Shown: one piece after another, positions 27,433 to 36,699 of the stretch
How positions within the stretch are numbered: the stretch's first letter is position 1
How the letters are laid out: each line of letters opens with the position of its first letter
Origin: an uncultured Candidatus Saccharibacteria bacterium
GTDB lineage: Bacteria; Patescibacteriota; Saccharimonadia; Saccharimonadales; EFPC-124
NCBI GenBank assembly: GCA_965225085.1
Contig: CBDDBE010000002.1
Span: forward strand, 95,185-159,184
Direction of reading: 5' to 3'
Length of the DNA: 64,000 nucleotides
Made by a program: the position numbers and the translations under genes
The notes under the pieces: model-generated
What the model saw: the letters and a program-made list of their open reading frames with translations, nothing else
Database searches by the model: none
What the model was told of the DNA's origin: nothing

Positions 27433-29089
27433 GTTTGCGCGCTGCCTTTGGTGGTGAAACTACCCGAACGACTTCGCTCAGGGTGGTCATGCCGCTTTTT
27501 ACTTTCTGGATGCCGTCGTCGAACATGGCTATGCTGCCCTGTTTGTGGGCTAAGGCTTCAACTTCTTGGCCCGACGGTGATTTAAGGATGAGCTCCTGCA
27601 TTTCGGGAGTGACTTCTAGGAACTGGAAGAGCGCAATGCGGCCTTTGTACCCCGAGCCGCTGCATACGTTGCAGCCCTTGCCAGCGTAGACGGTGGTGGT
27701 GCCTTCAAAGTAATCTTCGAGGTTAATGCCAGGGGTTTTGACGGTGAGATTCAGGGCTTCCTGGAGGGGCATGCTGTAGCGGCAGGTGGTGCAGATTTTG
27801 CGTGCCAGTCGCTGGGCAATCACAATCTCGAGCGTTGAAGCCAGCAGGAACGGCTCGATGTCCATTTCGATCAGGCGCGGGATGGCCGTTGCGGCGTCGT
27901 TGGCGTGGAATGTAGACAGCAGCAAATGGCCTGTCAGTGCAGCATTAACCGAAATCTCGGCGGTTTCGCGGTCGCGGATCTCCCCCACCAGGATGATGTT
28001 TGGGTCCTGTCGGACGATTGCTCGAAGCCCCTTGGCAAACGTCATATTGGTCTGCTCGCGTACCTGAATTTGGTTAACGCCGGCCATTTTGTATTCTACC
28101 GGGTCTTCAATGGTGGTTATGTTGACGTTTGGCTTATTGAGCAGCTTGAGCAAAGCGTATAGCGTGGTCGTCTTGCCGGCGCCCGTAGGGCCGGTTGTCA
28201 GAATCATGCCGAATGGTTTGGCCGCGTAGGATTCGATAAGTTGACGGTGTGTTTCGTTCAGACCAATGTCGCTGAGGCTGTAGTCCTGCACGTACGAGCT
28301 GAGGACGCGCATCACTACCTTTTCGCCGTTTACTGTCGGAATGAGCGAGACGCGAAGGTCTGTCGTGTGCGTGTCATCGTGGCGCTGAATGGCACCGTCC
28401 TGAGCCGTGAGGTGCTCGTCGATACGCATGCCGCTCTCGACTTTGATGCGGTTAAGGACGTTATCGTAGTTCTCTCGCGGCAACACCCCCGCTTCGCGCA
28501 GGGCTCCGTCCACGCGGAACCGGACTACAACGTTATCGAGCTGGGGTTCGAAGTGAATGTCGGATGCTGCAAATGATATCGCGTCCTTGATGATTTCGTC
28601 GACGATTTCCGGTGCAACGCGCTTTCCTGTCTCGATAATCTGCGAGAAGCGCGTTGCCAGCGGGCGCTCGTAGAGGTTGAAGCTAGCCTCGATGTACTCA
28701 GGCAGGGTGTACGCAAGGAGCGGTTTCTTCCCAGCTAGCAGCGGCTTTAGAGTTGCCGTGTCGATCTGCTTGGGCGCATCGGTTGCAAGTACTATTGCGT
28801 GTTCGTTTGCGCGAACAGCCACGACGCGTTGTTTGCGCGAGACGTCTTCGGGCAGTAGCTCGACCTGTTCTTTGCTGAGCGGATGCGCGCCTAGGTCGAC
28901 GAACTTCAGGTGGTATTCCTCTGCCAGAGCCTGTCCCAGGAGCTGCTTGCTCAGTAGCTCAGAGCGGATCAGATAGTCAACATACCCTGCACTATCGTGC
29001 GAGGCGGCTTCGGCGGCCTTGCTATCTGCCTCAGAGACGTAGTTCTCCTTCAGCAGTATAGATTTGATCTGATCAATACTCGGATACAT
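27425..29089 (-). CDS. pilB: Type IV pilus assembly ATPase (PilB/GspE)
   Basis: ASDIHFEP, GPTGAGKTTT, TIEDPVEY, RQDPNIILVGEIRD, TGHLLLST, two CxxC motifs. Confidence 0.93.
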   Translation of the reverse strand: MYPSIDQIKSILLKENYVSEADSKAAEAASHDSAGYVDYLIRSELLSKQLLGQALAEEYHLKFVDLGAHPLSKEQVELLPEDVSRKQRVVAVRANEHAIVLATDAPKQIDTATLKPLLAGKKPLLAYTLPEYIEASFNLYERPLATRFSQIIETGKRVAPEIVDEIIKDAISFAASDIHFEPQLDNVVVRFRVDGALREAGVLPRENYDNVLNRIKVESGMRIDEHLTAQDGAIQRHDDTHTTDLRVSLIPTVNGEKVVMRVLSSYVQDYSLSDIGLNETHRQLIESYAAKPFGMILTTGPTGAGKTTTLYALLKLLNKPNVNITTIEDPVEYKMAGVNQIQVREQTNMTFAKGLRAIVRQDPNIILVGEIRDRETAEISVNAALTGHLLLSTFHANDAATAIPRLIEMDIEPFLLASTLEIVIAQRLARKICTTCRYSMPLQEALNLTVKTPGINLEDYFEGTTTVYAGKGCNVCSGSGYKGRIALFQFLEVTPEMQELILKSPSGQEVEALAHKQGSIAMFDDGIQKVKSGMTTLSEVVRVVSPPKAARKHA

Positions 29090-29109
29090 GCCCCACCCGT
29101 TTTAATTTC

Positions 29110-29475
29110 TTATGCTTTTGTCACTTCGTCAACTATTGTGGTTAATGGTGTGTCGGATTTGATGAAGAATTTGCGTGCACCGAGTGCGAGCACACGTTCT
29201 TCGTCTTCGTGCTGGCTGAGGTTGGACAGGACAAATACGGCGGGCTTTTCGGGCATGGTCTGGAGCTTTTGGAGTACCTGAAAACCGTCCACTACTGGCA
29301 TGATCAGGTCAAGTAATAGCACGTCAAAGTGTTTGGAAGCAAGCAGGTCTAGGCCTTCCTGGCCATTGCCGGCGACTGTCACGGCAAAGCCTTCGTGCGT
29401 TAGCTTAAGCTCAAGCGCGTGTGACAGCGGCTTTTCGTCTTCAATAATCAAAACTTGCTTTTGACTGTCGGCCAT
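29110..29475 (-). CDS. Stand-alone response regulator receiver
   Basis: VLIIEDE, LLDLIMP, FIK. Confidence 0.92.
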   Translation of the reverse strand: MADSQKQVLIIEDEKPLSHALELKLTHEGFAVTVAGNGQEGLDLLASKHFDVLLLDLIMPVVDGFQVLQKLQTMPEKPAVFVLSNLSQHEDEERVLALGARKFFIKSDTPLTTIVDEVTKA

Positions 29476-29525
29476 GTGCACTCCTTCGGATGTTATACGT
29501 ATTGTATCATAGACGGTAGCTCGGA

Positions 29526-29918
29526 CTATTGCTGCTGGCTGATAAAGTCGCGGATCATGCCGATGATTTCGTCTAGCCGGTAATCGGCCTTTAGGATGTA
29601 TTTCTTGGCACCGAGGCCGAGCATGTTGCTGACTTTGTCGGGGCTGGCCGAGTTGCTAACGACAAGGACAGGGATAGCGGCCCATTTATCGTTCCTTTTT
29701 AGCTCTTGCATGAAGGCCAGACCGTTCATGTCCTTTAGGTAGTAGTCTAGCCAGATGGCGTCAGGCAGCTCGTCGAGATTACCTAGATAGTCAATGGCTT
29801 GCTGGCCGCTGGCACATGACAGTACGTCCATGCCAGATAGTTTGAGCTTCTTGGTGATTGCCTGAAGGAGCAGTGTTTCGTCTTCGACAACCATAATGGT
29901 TGGGTTTGTTTGGGACAT
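29526..29918 (-). CDS. Stand-alone response regulator receiver
   Basis: IMVVEDE, WLDYYL, YILK. Confidence 0.9.
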   Translation of the reverse strand: MSQTNPTIMVVEDETLLLQAITKKLKLSGMDVLSCASGQQAIDYLGNLDELPDAIWLDYYLKDMNGLAFMQELKRNDKWAAIPVLVVSNSASPDKVSNMLGLGAKKYILKADYRLDEIIGMIRDFISQQQ

Positions 29919-29928
29919 GGGATTCTCC

Positions 29929-30270
29929 TTACTTTTTCTGGTTTGTAGTTAACTCGTAGGTAGCGATTAGGTTCTTGACCTCGGGGCTTAGTCGCTGGCG
30001 TATATCTTCCTTGCTGAATGTACGGAGCGGTTCACGCGATGTCAAGTAGTCCTCGAGTTGAAGGTATGCCTTTAGGAGCATTTGATTCTGTGTGACGGAT
30101 GGCTCTTGGCCTGGCTGAAGGCTGGATGTCACCTGGCGCACCTGATCGAGAGCGACATCGATTGAGGCCGGAGCCGAAACAAGCCCTGCCATGTAGACAA
30201 TAGAATCAAGCAACGATTGGGGCTTCGCCGGGGCCGATGACTTGCCGAGCAGTGAGCTGAGGAATCCCAT
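29929..30270 (-). CDS. Hypothetical small soluble protein
   Basis: MGFLSSLLG start 2 nt after the upstream stop; SD GGAGGAG; within the operon. Confidence 0.7.
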   Translation of the reverse strand: MGFLSSLLGKSSAPAKPQSLLDSIVYMAGLVSAPASIDVALDQVRQVTSSLQPGQEPSVTQNQMLLKAYLQLEDYLTSREPLRTFSKEDIRQRLSPEVKNLIATYELTTNQKK

Positions 30271-30272
30271 AT

Positions 30273-31067
30273 CTAGAACTCCTCCGTCTCGGCAAATGCG
30301 TATGCAGCGCGGAGCCACGCGAGGCCGATAAATATCCCAAGGACATCTATGAACAGTGTGAAGACATCATTGCTTTGTGGGGCTAACAGGTTATGAATGA
30401 CATACCCCAGAAATGCGAAGGCTGCGCCAAAGATCGGCAGTGTCAGCCAGCTGACAGCGCTGACATAGTGCGCGCCAATTTTCTTTCGAACCTTGAGCAT
30501 CAGGATGCCGGCCGCGACATACAGTGCGCCGCTCCACGTTTCTATGACGTTGGAAGCATCAAATTTTATTTCATCGGTGGTGACTGGAACGTGGGGAAAC
30601 CAGATTGATGCGATGGCCAGCGCAACGCCCAGGGGTAGTATGACGCTCGCTCGGGTCAGCCAGCCGGTAACGCCGATCAGTCGGGCAAAGCCTCGCATGC
30701 TCATGTAGATACCGAGGCTTGCTGCCATGTAGGGCAGGACGATGCCGCCACTTTGAGCCCATGCGCTTGAGTCCAGGTCAAGAGCTTCGATGATGGGGAT
30801 CTGGATAGTACCAATCACTGCGGCTATGATTGAAAACGCCAATGCCCCGTAGGCAAGCCGCATCTTCGTCTTGTATTCGCCCAGTGCCGACACGATCACC
30901 ACTGCAGCGCCGAGGTCGAGTACTCCTGATGCCAGGATCATCACTAGGTCAGTCGTCGTAAAAGTCTTGAGATTTTGGGCTGGTACGATCGCCAAGGCCA
31001 CGCCGGCTACTATTGGCGTCAGACACAGCGTCGCGATGACTATGCCTGTTCTTATTTGTTTACGCAT
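30273..31067 (-). CDS. Hypothetical integral membrane protein (7-8 TM)
   Basis: Serial hydrophobic segments; overlaps the kinase stop. Confidence 0.8.
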   Translation of the reverse strand: MRKQIRTGIVIATLCLTPIVAGVALAIVPAQNLKTFTTTDLVMILASGVLDLGAAVVIVSALGEYKTKMRLAYGALAFSIIAAVIGTIQIPIIEALDLDSSAWAQSGGIVLPYMAASLGIYMSMRGFARLIGVTGWLTRASVILPLGVALAIASIWFPHVPVTTDEIKFDASNVIETWSGALYVAAGILMLKVRKKIGAHYVSAVSWLTLPIFGAAFAFLGYVIHNLLAPQSNDVFTLFIDVLGIFIGLAWLRAAYAFAETEEF

Positions 31068-32970
31068 CGAGTGTTACCTCCCCTTCTTTTGCTTTCATGC
31101 CGCTCAGCGGTATACTAAACCAAAATGTTGTGCCCTTACCTTCTTCGCTTTGGAACCAAATTTTACCACCAGACGATTCGATGACAGCCTTTATGAGGTA
31201 CAGCCCCAGGCCTGTTCCGTCCGTCTCTACCTTTACCGCGTTGGACGCGCGGAAGAACTTCTGGAATATCCTGCCTTGCTGTTCCTTCGGAATGCCATAG
31301 CCGCTGTCCGTTACCTGTGATACGACCTGATCGTCCTTCTTGGAGATAAAGACCGAGATTTCGCCACCCTTGGGGGTGTATTTGATGGCGTTGGTCAGCA
31401 GATTGAGGTACACTTGCCCGATCAGGCGAGGATCGAGGTTGATCTTGGGCAGGTCCTGATGAACGCTGATGATCAGTGTTTGTTTCTTCTCCTCGGTTTT
31501 TCCCTTGAGGTCGTTCACGATTCCCGACACGAGCTCGCCTAGGTCTGTCGGCTTAGGATCAATCATGATGCGCCCTGATTCTATGCGGGATATATTGAGC
31601 AGCGCGTTCACAAGGGCAATCATACGCTCGGTCGAGTCAGAGATGTTCTTGGCAAATTCCTGCTGGTCGGGTTGGAGCTTGCCGGCGTCACCCGAGACTA
31701 GCATCTCAGTAAACCACTTGATAGCCGAAAGTGGTGTACGCAACTGGTGCGAGGCCAGCGAGATGAACTCGGTCTTCATGCGGTCGATTTCTTTTTCCTT
31801 GGTGACGTCGCGCAAGATCGCGACAGCGCCTTCCACCTTATCCTCGACTTTTACGGGGCTGGCAATCATGCTCATGAGGAATTTGCGACCGTCCTGGCCC
31901 TCGAATTTATATACGCCGCTCACTGTCTCTCCAGTTTGAAGTGTGATGTAGGCCGGGCGTTTCTCGAGCGGCAATGGCGTGTGCGTGGTGTCGTCTGCTG
32001 CATATAATTGGTATGCTTCCCCCACGCGATGCCCCACGGCTTCACCGGGAGCTCCAAAACCAAGAAGCGTCGCTGCGACAGAGTTAATGAGCTCGATGTT
32101 TCCTTGTTTGTCTAGGGCTACAAATCCCTCACCCATGCTTTGGAACATTGCTTCGTCACGTTCGCGGCCAAGGGCAATTCGACGGTAAGAGTCGCGCAAA
32201 CGTTCGGCCATGCGGTTGAAGGCATTGCCCAGCTGCCCTAACTCGTCGCCAGAGGTTACGGGAACGATGTGCGAGAAGTCGCCATTCGAAATTCGTTCAG
32301 CACTCAGGCGCAGCTGTGCGAGCGCACGTGCCAGCCAGGATGCCAGCAGCGCGCCAGTAACCAACGCCGCGAAGGTACTGAAAACCACCAATGCGACTAT
32401 TGCCGTCAGAACTTTTGCTACGATGTCGCTAATTTGGGCACTTTCGAACTGGATACCTGATCGGTCGCCATCGGTTGCGCTGGTAATTGCTTGGTCCAGA
32501 TGCGTTTGGGAGATTCGGAGGGCATCCTGAATCTGTGTGGTCGATCCGCTTGATAGTATCGTGTTGGTCTCGCTTAGGACGTCCTTGCCGGACGACTCTA
32601 CCTCACTCACGATTTTTGGTGACACGTAGGGGTTGTCTATGTTTGTGAGCTGTACGTATTCGTCGATTTTTGTGTGAAGGTCTGCCGCTTGGTCGGCTAC
32701 GATAGCTTTTTGCGTTGCGATAATTTGTTGGCTAGCGATCCCGGGCAAGAGGTCTTGTTGGTAGACCGAGCGTGCATCACGTAGCTTGACGGCAGACAGC
32801 TCGATGTTCTCGAGCGCATACAATCGACGCAAGTTCTGGTCGGTGAGGTTGGTGAACAGATCCGTAAAGTGGCGCATGGACAGAATTTGATACACCCCAA
32901 CCCCAGCTATAATTGCCGCCAGAGCCAGGAAAGCAAGAAGTAATTTGACGCGTATGGATAAGTTTCTCAT
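31060..32970 (-). CDS. Sensor histidine kinase (helical extracellular sensor, HAMP, PAS)
   Basis: Two TM, DELGQLGNAFNRM HAMP, SHQLRTPL, NAIKY, GTGLGL. Confidence 0.95.
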   Translation of the reverse strand: MRNLSIRVKLLLAFLALAAIIAGVGVYQILSMRHFTDLFTNLTDQNLRRLYALENIELSAVKLRDARSVYQQDLLPGIASQQIIATQKAIVADQAADLHTKIDEYVQLTNIDNPYVSPKIVSEVESSGKDVLSETNTILSSGSTTQIQDALRISQTHLDQAITSATDGDRSGIQFESAQISDIVAKVLTAIVALVVFSTFAALVTGALLASWLARALAQLRLSAERISNGDFSHIVPVTSGDELGQLGNAFNRMAERLRDSYRRIALGRERDEAMFQSMGEGFVALDKQGNIELINSVAATLLGFGAPGEAVGHRVGEAYQLYAADDTTHTPLPLEKRPAYITLQTGETVSGVYKFEGQDGRKFLMSMIASPVKVEDKVEGAVAILRDVTKEKEIDRMKTEFISLASHQLRTPLSAIKWFTEMLVSGDAGKLQPDQQEFAKNISDSTERMIALVNALLNISRIESGRIMIDPKPTDLGELVSGIVNDLKGKTEEKKQTLIISVHQDLPKINLDPRLIGQVYLNLLTNAIKYTPKGGEISVFISKKDDQVVSQVTDSGYGIPKEQQGRIFQKFFRASNAVKVETDGTGLGLYLIKAVIESSGGKIWFQSEEGKGTTFWFSIPLSGMKAKEGEVTLDA

Positions 32971-34310
32971 GAATTGCTGGCCTTGTTTTGTGCCATACCT
33001 TCTAGCGGCAGTAGGACGGTAAAAGTACTCCCTTTCCCCTCTTGCGACGCGAATGAGATACTTCCGCCGACTTTGTTCAGTACTTGCTTTACGATATACA
33101 GCCCCAGGCCGGTTCCGTCTGTGTCTTTGGTTTTGACGTTTGAGGCGCGAAATAGTTTGTCGAATATCTGTGCCTGCTGAGCTTTGGGCACGCCATACCC
33201 AGTATCTTCGATTGCGATTCTGAGACTACCTTTACTGGCCTTGCTTTTAAGCTTTTCGACGGATGTGCCGACATTGAGCGTGATATGGCCGCCCTTTGGC
33301 GTGTATTTGATGGCGTTACTCAGGAGGTTTCGTATTATTGTGCGCATGAGAGCTTCGTCGCAAAGGATCTTTGGCAGATTGGCGTCAAAATGCTGTTCGA
33401 TATGCCGATCGTTGGTAAGCTCGGACAGATTGGTACGCAATTCCTGTACTATCTCATGGCATAGCGTCTGAACGTCCACCTCTTCTAGCCTGACTGGCAA
33501 CGAACCAGCTTGCAAGTGCGAGATGGTGATGATCGCATCGACGATCGACGCCGAACGTTGGTTGCTCTGGTAGACCTGCTGCATGTACTCCTTTTGTCCG
33601 TCGCTGAGCGGGCCGGCATCGCCGTGCAGGAGGATCTCACTGGACCATTTGATGGCAGATATAGGTGTACGCAACTGGTGCGAGGCAAGGGTTAGGAACT
33701 CGTTCTTAGCTTGGTCTAGCTCTTCCCGCTCGGTTATCATACGGGCTTGCAGATTCTCGCGGTCTTGTTCATAGACGTAGATACCCAGCGTCACAACAAG
33801 CAGGCTAACTGCCAGCTGCCGGACGGTTGTGAGGCTGTAGGCAATACCGGTGACGCCAGCAAACTCCAGCCCAATGATGGTGAGTATCGCAACGCCTAGC
33901 GCGAGCATCCAGTACCATCCAGCCCGCCGACCGACGAGGAAGAACGCACCCACCGGAAAGACAAAGAACCAAAATATACCAGTGTTTTTGGTGCCGCCGG
34001 TTATGAGCATTATCATGAGCATGGTCAATATAATGCACAGCAAGAGATTTTTCGCGAGACGTGTGTTGCGGGTGGCCATAACACCTATGGCATTCAAGAG
34101 CGACGCGCCACTTCCAGCTAGTTCCATTATGCCAAGAGCCGGATCGTTATCGAGGAATTGCAACATCCCAAATATCCCAAGCGATAGGAATGCCAGGAAT
34201 GAAAAGGCATTCACAATATACAGCGATGAGTCCAGTGTGGTCTGCAAAAAACCTACACGGCCCTTCTCGCGTGGAATCTGCTGGGAACGGTGCGCCAAAC
34301 CAGCGCTCAT
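32967..34310 (-). CDS. Intramembrane-sensing histidine kinase (about 6 TM)
   Basis: N-terminal TM bundle with no large extracellular loop; SHQLRTPI, NAIKY, GTGLGL. Confidence 0.95.
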   Translation of the reverse strand: MSAGLAHRSQQIPREKGRVGFLQTTLDSSLYIVNAFSFLAFLSLGIFGMLQFLDNDPALGIMELAGSGASLLNAIGVMATRNTRLAKNLLLCIILTMLMIMLITGGTKNTGIFWFFVFPVGAFFLVGRRAGWYWMLALGVAILTIIGLEFAGVTGIAYSLTTVRQLAVSLLVVTLGIYVYEQDRENLQARMITEREELDQAKNEFLTLASHQLRTPISAIKWSSEILLHGDAGPLSDGQKEYMQQVYQSNQRSASIVDAIITISHLQAGSLPVRLEEVDVQTLCHEIVQELRTNLSELTNDRHIEQHFDANLPKILCDEALMRTIIRNLLSNAIKYTPKGGHITLNVGTSVEKLKSKASKGSLRIAIEDTGYGVPKAQQAQIFDKLFRASNVKTKDTDGTGLGLYIVKQVLNKVGGSISFASQEGKGSTFTVLLPLEGMAQNKASNS

Positions 34311-34387
34311 GGCATAGCCCTCCTGAGCGACGGCTCGTTATCGAACGGAAAAGTTCATATGCTTATCGTACCATACGCCAGTCATTT

Positions 34388-35725
34388 TTATTCCGCGTCA
34401 TCAATGCTGCAATTTTGCACGCAAGTAGTACTAGCTTCTCGCTTTGGTTTGGAGTATGGATTGGCGAATAAGGCGAGACGTTCGAGCATGTCGGTGGCTT
34501 GGGCTGCGATCGGCGTATCGGTTAGCTTATATTCTTGGCCCATGTCCAAAATGCGGAGCACTGCGTCGAACGCGTGTTGTTTGGTTGCGCGCTGCAGGGT
34601 GATGGCAAATAGTAGCGGCATTAGCGCGTCTTGCTCTGTCACCCCTAGTTGTTCGAAGGTTTCGTACCAATGCGGCTGGTGTTTGCTGTCGTGAAGTATC
34701 GCAATAAACGGTGCTGCCGAGCCGCGGATAGCTTTGGGTGCTGTAATTTTTCGTGGTGGCAATGTATCGGGTTGCAGGGCAGCAGCGCTCAGAAGCCCCA
34801 TGACGTACATGGTGTGGTACGCCGATGCGAGCAGATAATTTGATCGTGCGGCACCGGTTAGGCTATCGAGATGCGCTAGGTTGGTTGCCGGTGATGGCAA
34901 AAATCCAGCTTGGTCTTCGACGTTGGTTAGGATCCGGTAGCCAAATGTTGCCGTCGCGCTCCAGGCCCTGCCTGTAAGCGGCCAGCTCAGCAGAACCTCA
35001 CCACCCACGTCGTAATCTTGCTCATCCAGGCACCAGGCCAGGGTTGCCTCGGTCTCGGCCAGGATAGTGGCGCGGGGGCGTGGCAGTTGTAGCGGCTGGT
35101 TGCGATACTTGGCAAACATCATGGCATGGGTAAAGGCATAGATATTTTCGCGGTTGCAATGCAGCAAATCGAGCGACGTGGCTAGTATCGACTGCCGCGC
35201 TATAGGCATGTCCTGCGGGTGTGATTTCCCCAGAAGCTCCAGGGTCCAATGCTGTTCGAGCACGCGGTGGGGCTCGCGTTCCTTAGCGTGGGCCGCGTTC
35301 GACCGCAGGCTTTGGTCGAGCAGCTGATCAAACCGCGCGTCGGGATGGCCTAGCGCAGTCAGGCAAGCATGAGCCTGCGCAAAGTCCAATGCTAGCGATG
35401 GCTCCATGCAAATTCCCAGGCGCATGCGGTCGCTCCGCGCATATGGAATAAGCAGCGTGATTACATGATCGACCAGCTTCCTTACCTCTGGGTGGTGCGA
35501 CGCGCGGCTAGCCGCTACCAGCAGCAGGCCTGTTTCGGATATAACCTTTTCGGCCTGTACGTTGTATGAGGGCTCGGTCGGATCGGTATAGCCGTGTGGC
35601 GCCAGTTGGCCAATGACGCGCTCGGCAGTCGTCAGCGCGTGGCATAGGCGTCGAATAATATCATGCTCATGCAAAGAGGCTCCTTGCGACGAAGGAGCCT
35701 CCCGATTGCCTTTCGGCGTTTGCAT
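34388..35725 (-). CDS. All-helical enzyme-like protein, DUF6895-like (recalled, not searched)
   Basis: Motifs EKVISETGLLL, YAFTHAMMF, DYDVGGEVL, YHTMYVMGLL. Confidence 0.65.
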   Translation of the reverse strand: MQTPKGNREAPSSQGASLHEHDIIRRLCHALTTAERVIGQLAPHGYTDPTEPSYNVQAEKVISETGLLLVAASRASHHPEVRKLVDHVITLLIPYARSDRMRLGICMEPSLALDFAQAHACLTALGHPDARFDQLLDQSLRSNAAHAKEREPHRVLEQHWTLELLGKSHPQDMPIARQSILATSLDLLHCNRENIYAFTHAMMFAKYRNQPLQLPRPRATILAETEATLAWCLDEQDYDVGGEVLLSWPLTGRAWSATATFGYRILTNVEDQAGFLPSPATNLAHLDSLTGAARSNYLLASAYHTMYVMGLLSAAALQPDTLPPRKITAPKAIRGSAAPFIAILHDSKHQPHWYETFEQLGVTEQDALMPLLFAITLQRATKQHAFDAVLRILDMGQEYKLTDTPIAAQATDMLERLALFANPYSKPKREASTTCVQNCSIDDAE

Positions 35726-35976
35726 TAGCGTTGAAGCTCTTTGGCTGCACTTTTCAGAGATGCCAGGTTCTCAACCTCTGAACCATTCAGGTCGCCGTTC
35801 AATCGATACACACGAACAAATGTTCGCATCGTCCCGCAGAAACCTTCCCATGGCTCTTCGGCAAGCGCCATTGACGGGCCAAGCTCGCTGAGCGTGTTGC
35901 CAATCGCCTTGAAATCCACCGCCTTGGTGGCTAATAACTTCTTTACAACCTCTTGATGATCTACCCGCTGTGACAT
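35725..35976 (-). CDS. 83-aa peptide, candidate precursor or substrate of the downstream enzyme
   Basis: SD-like AGGGGG; TAATG stop/start overlap with the 445-aa gene; core-like EPWEGFCGTMR. Confidence 0.75.
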   Translation of the reverse strand: MSQRVDHQEVVKKLLATKAVDFKAIGNTLSELGPSMALAEEPWEGFCGTMRTFVRVYRLNGDLNGSEVENLASLKSAAKELQR

Positions 35977-36194
35977 TTATCCCCCTGCTCAGAGTGTGAG
36001 CTTTTTATGTTTTTTAAATGCGACAGGCCCGCTTTTTTGCTCGGAACCATCTTTTTTATTATGCCCGCTGAGTCGGGTTGGGTAAAGACACATTTTAGCC
36101 CGTGTTGACATGTATGGATTGATACTACTGTCGTATTATGATATAGTTTTTAAGTTCGTCATCCGGCGAATTCGTGTGAGATCAAGGAGTGACC

Positions 36195-36593
36195 GTGTCA
36201 CAAGGTCTGCTGTACCAAGGGCACAACTGGTATCACTGCAGTGGATGCTGCAATCCGACCGTCGGTCGGTGCTGTGGCCCGCTGCAGCCGTGGAGGACGG
36301 ATGACCACGGGCACCTGCCCACCGCCATCCAGCGTGCCCACAGGAGCGGCCATCAGTTCGGGTACACCCCGGGCTACGGTGGGTACAACAACTCCAACGA
36401 CTTCCTGGGGACACTCCTCGTGCTCGACGGCATTGCCGACGGGGACGCGGAAGAGGTCATGCTGGGAAGCATGATGGGCGGCGGTTTGGGTGGCGGCATC
36501 GCTGAAGTCCTTGTCGTCGAAGAACTGTTGGACGACGACCGCGACGATCGTCGTTACGGCGACGATGACGATGACGGTTTCGACCTCTTCTGA
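36195..36593 (+). CDS. Orphan protein with Cys/His-rich N-terminus and Gly/Asp-rich C-terminus
   Basis: TTGATA-17-TATAGT promoter, SD AAGGAG, GTG start, GC hairpin downstream. Confidence 0.65.
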   Translation: MSQGLLYQGHNWYHCSGCCNPTVGRCCGPLQPWRTDDHGHLPTAIQRAHRSGHQFGYTPGYGGYNNSNDFLGTLLVLDGIADGDAEEVMLGSMMGGGLGGGIAEVLVVEELLDDDRDDRRYGDDDDDGFDLF

Positions 36594-36699
36594 TCGTCGG
36601 ATCAAACGGCCCACCGCGCAGATGTGCGCGGTGGGCCGCAACAATTTTGCCTTTAAGTACCCTCTGTGAGGGTATTTTTAATCTCGCGAGAGTTGAACG

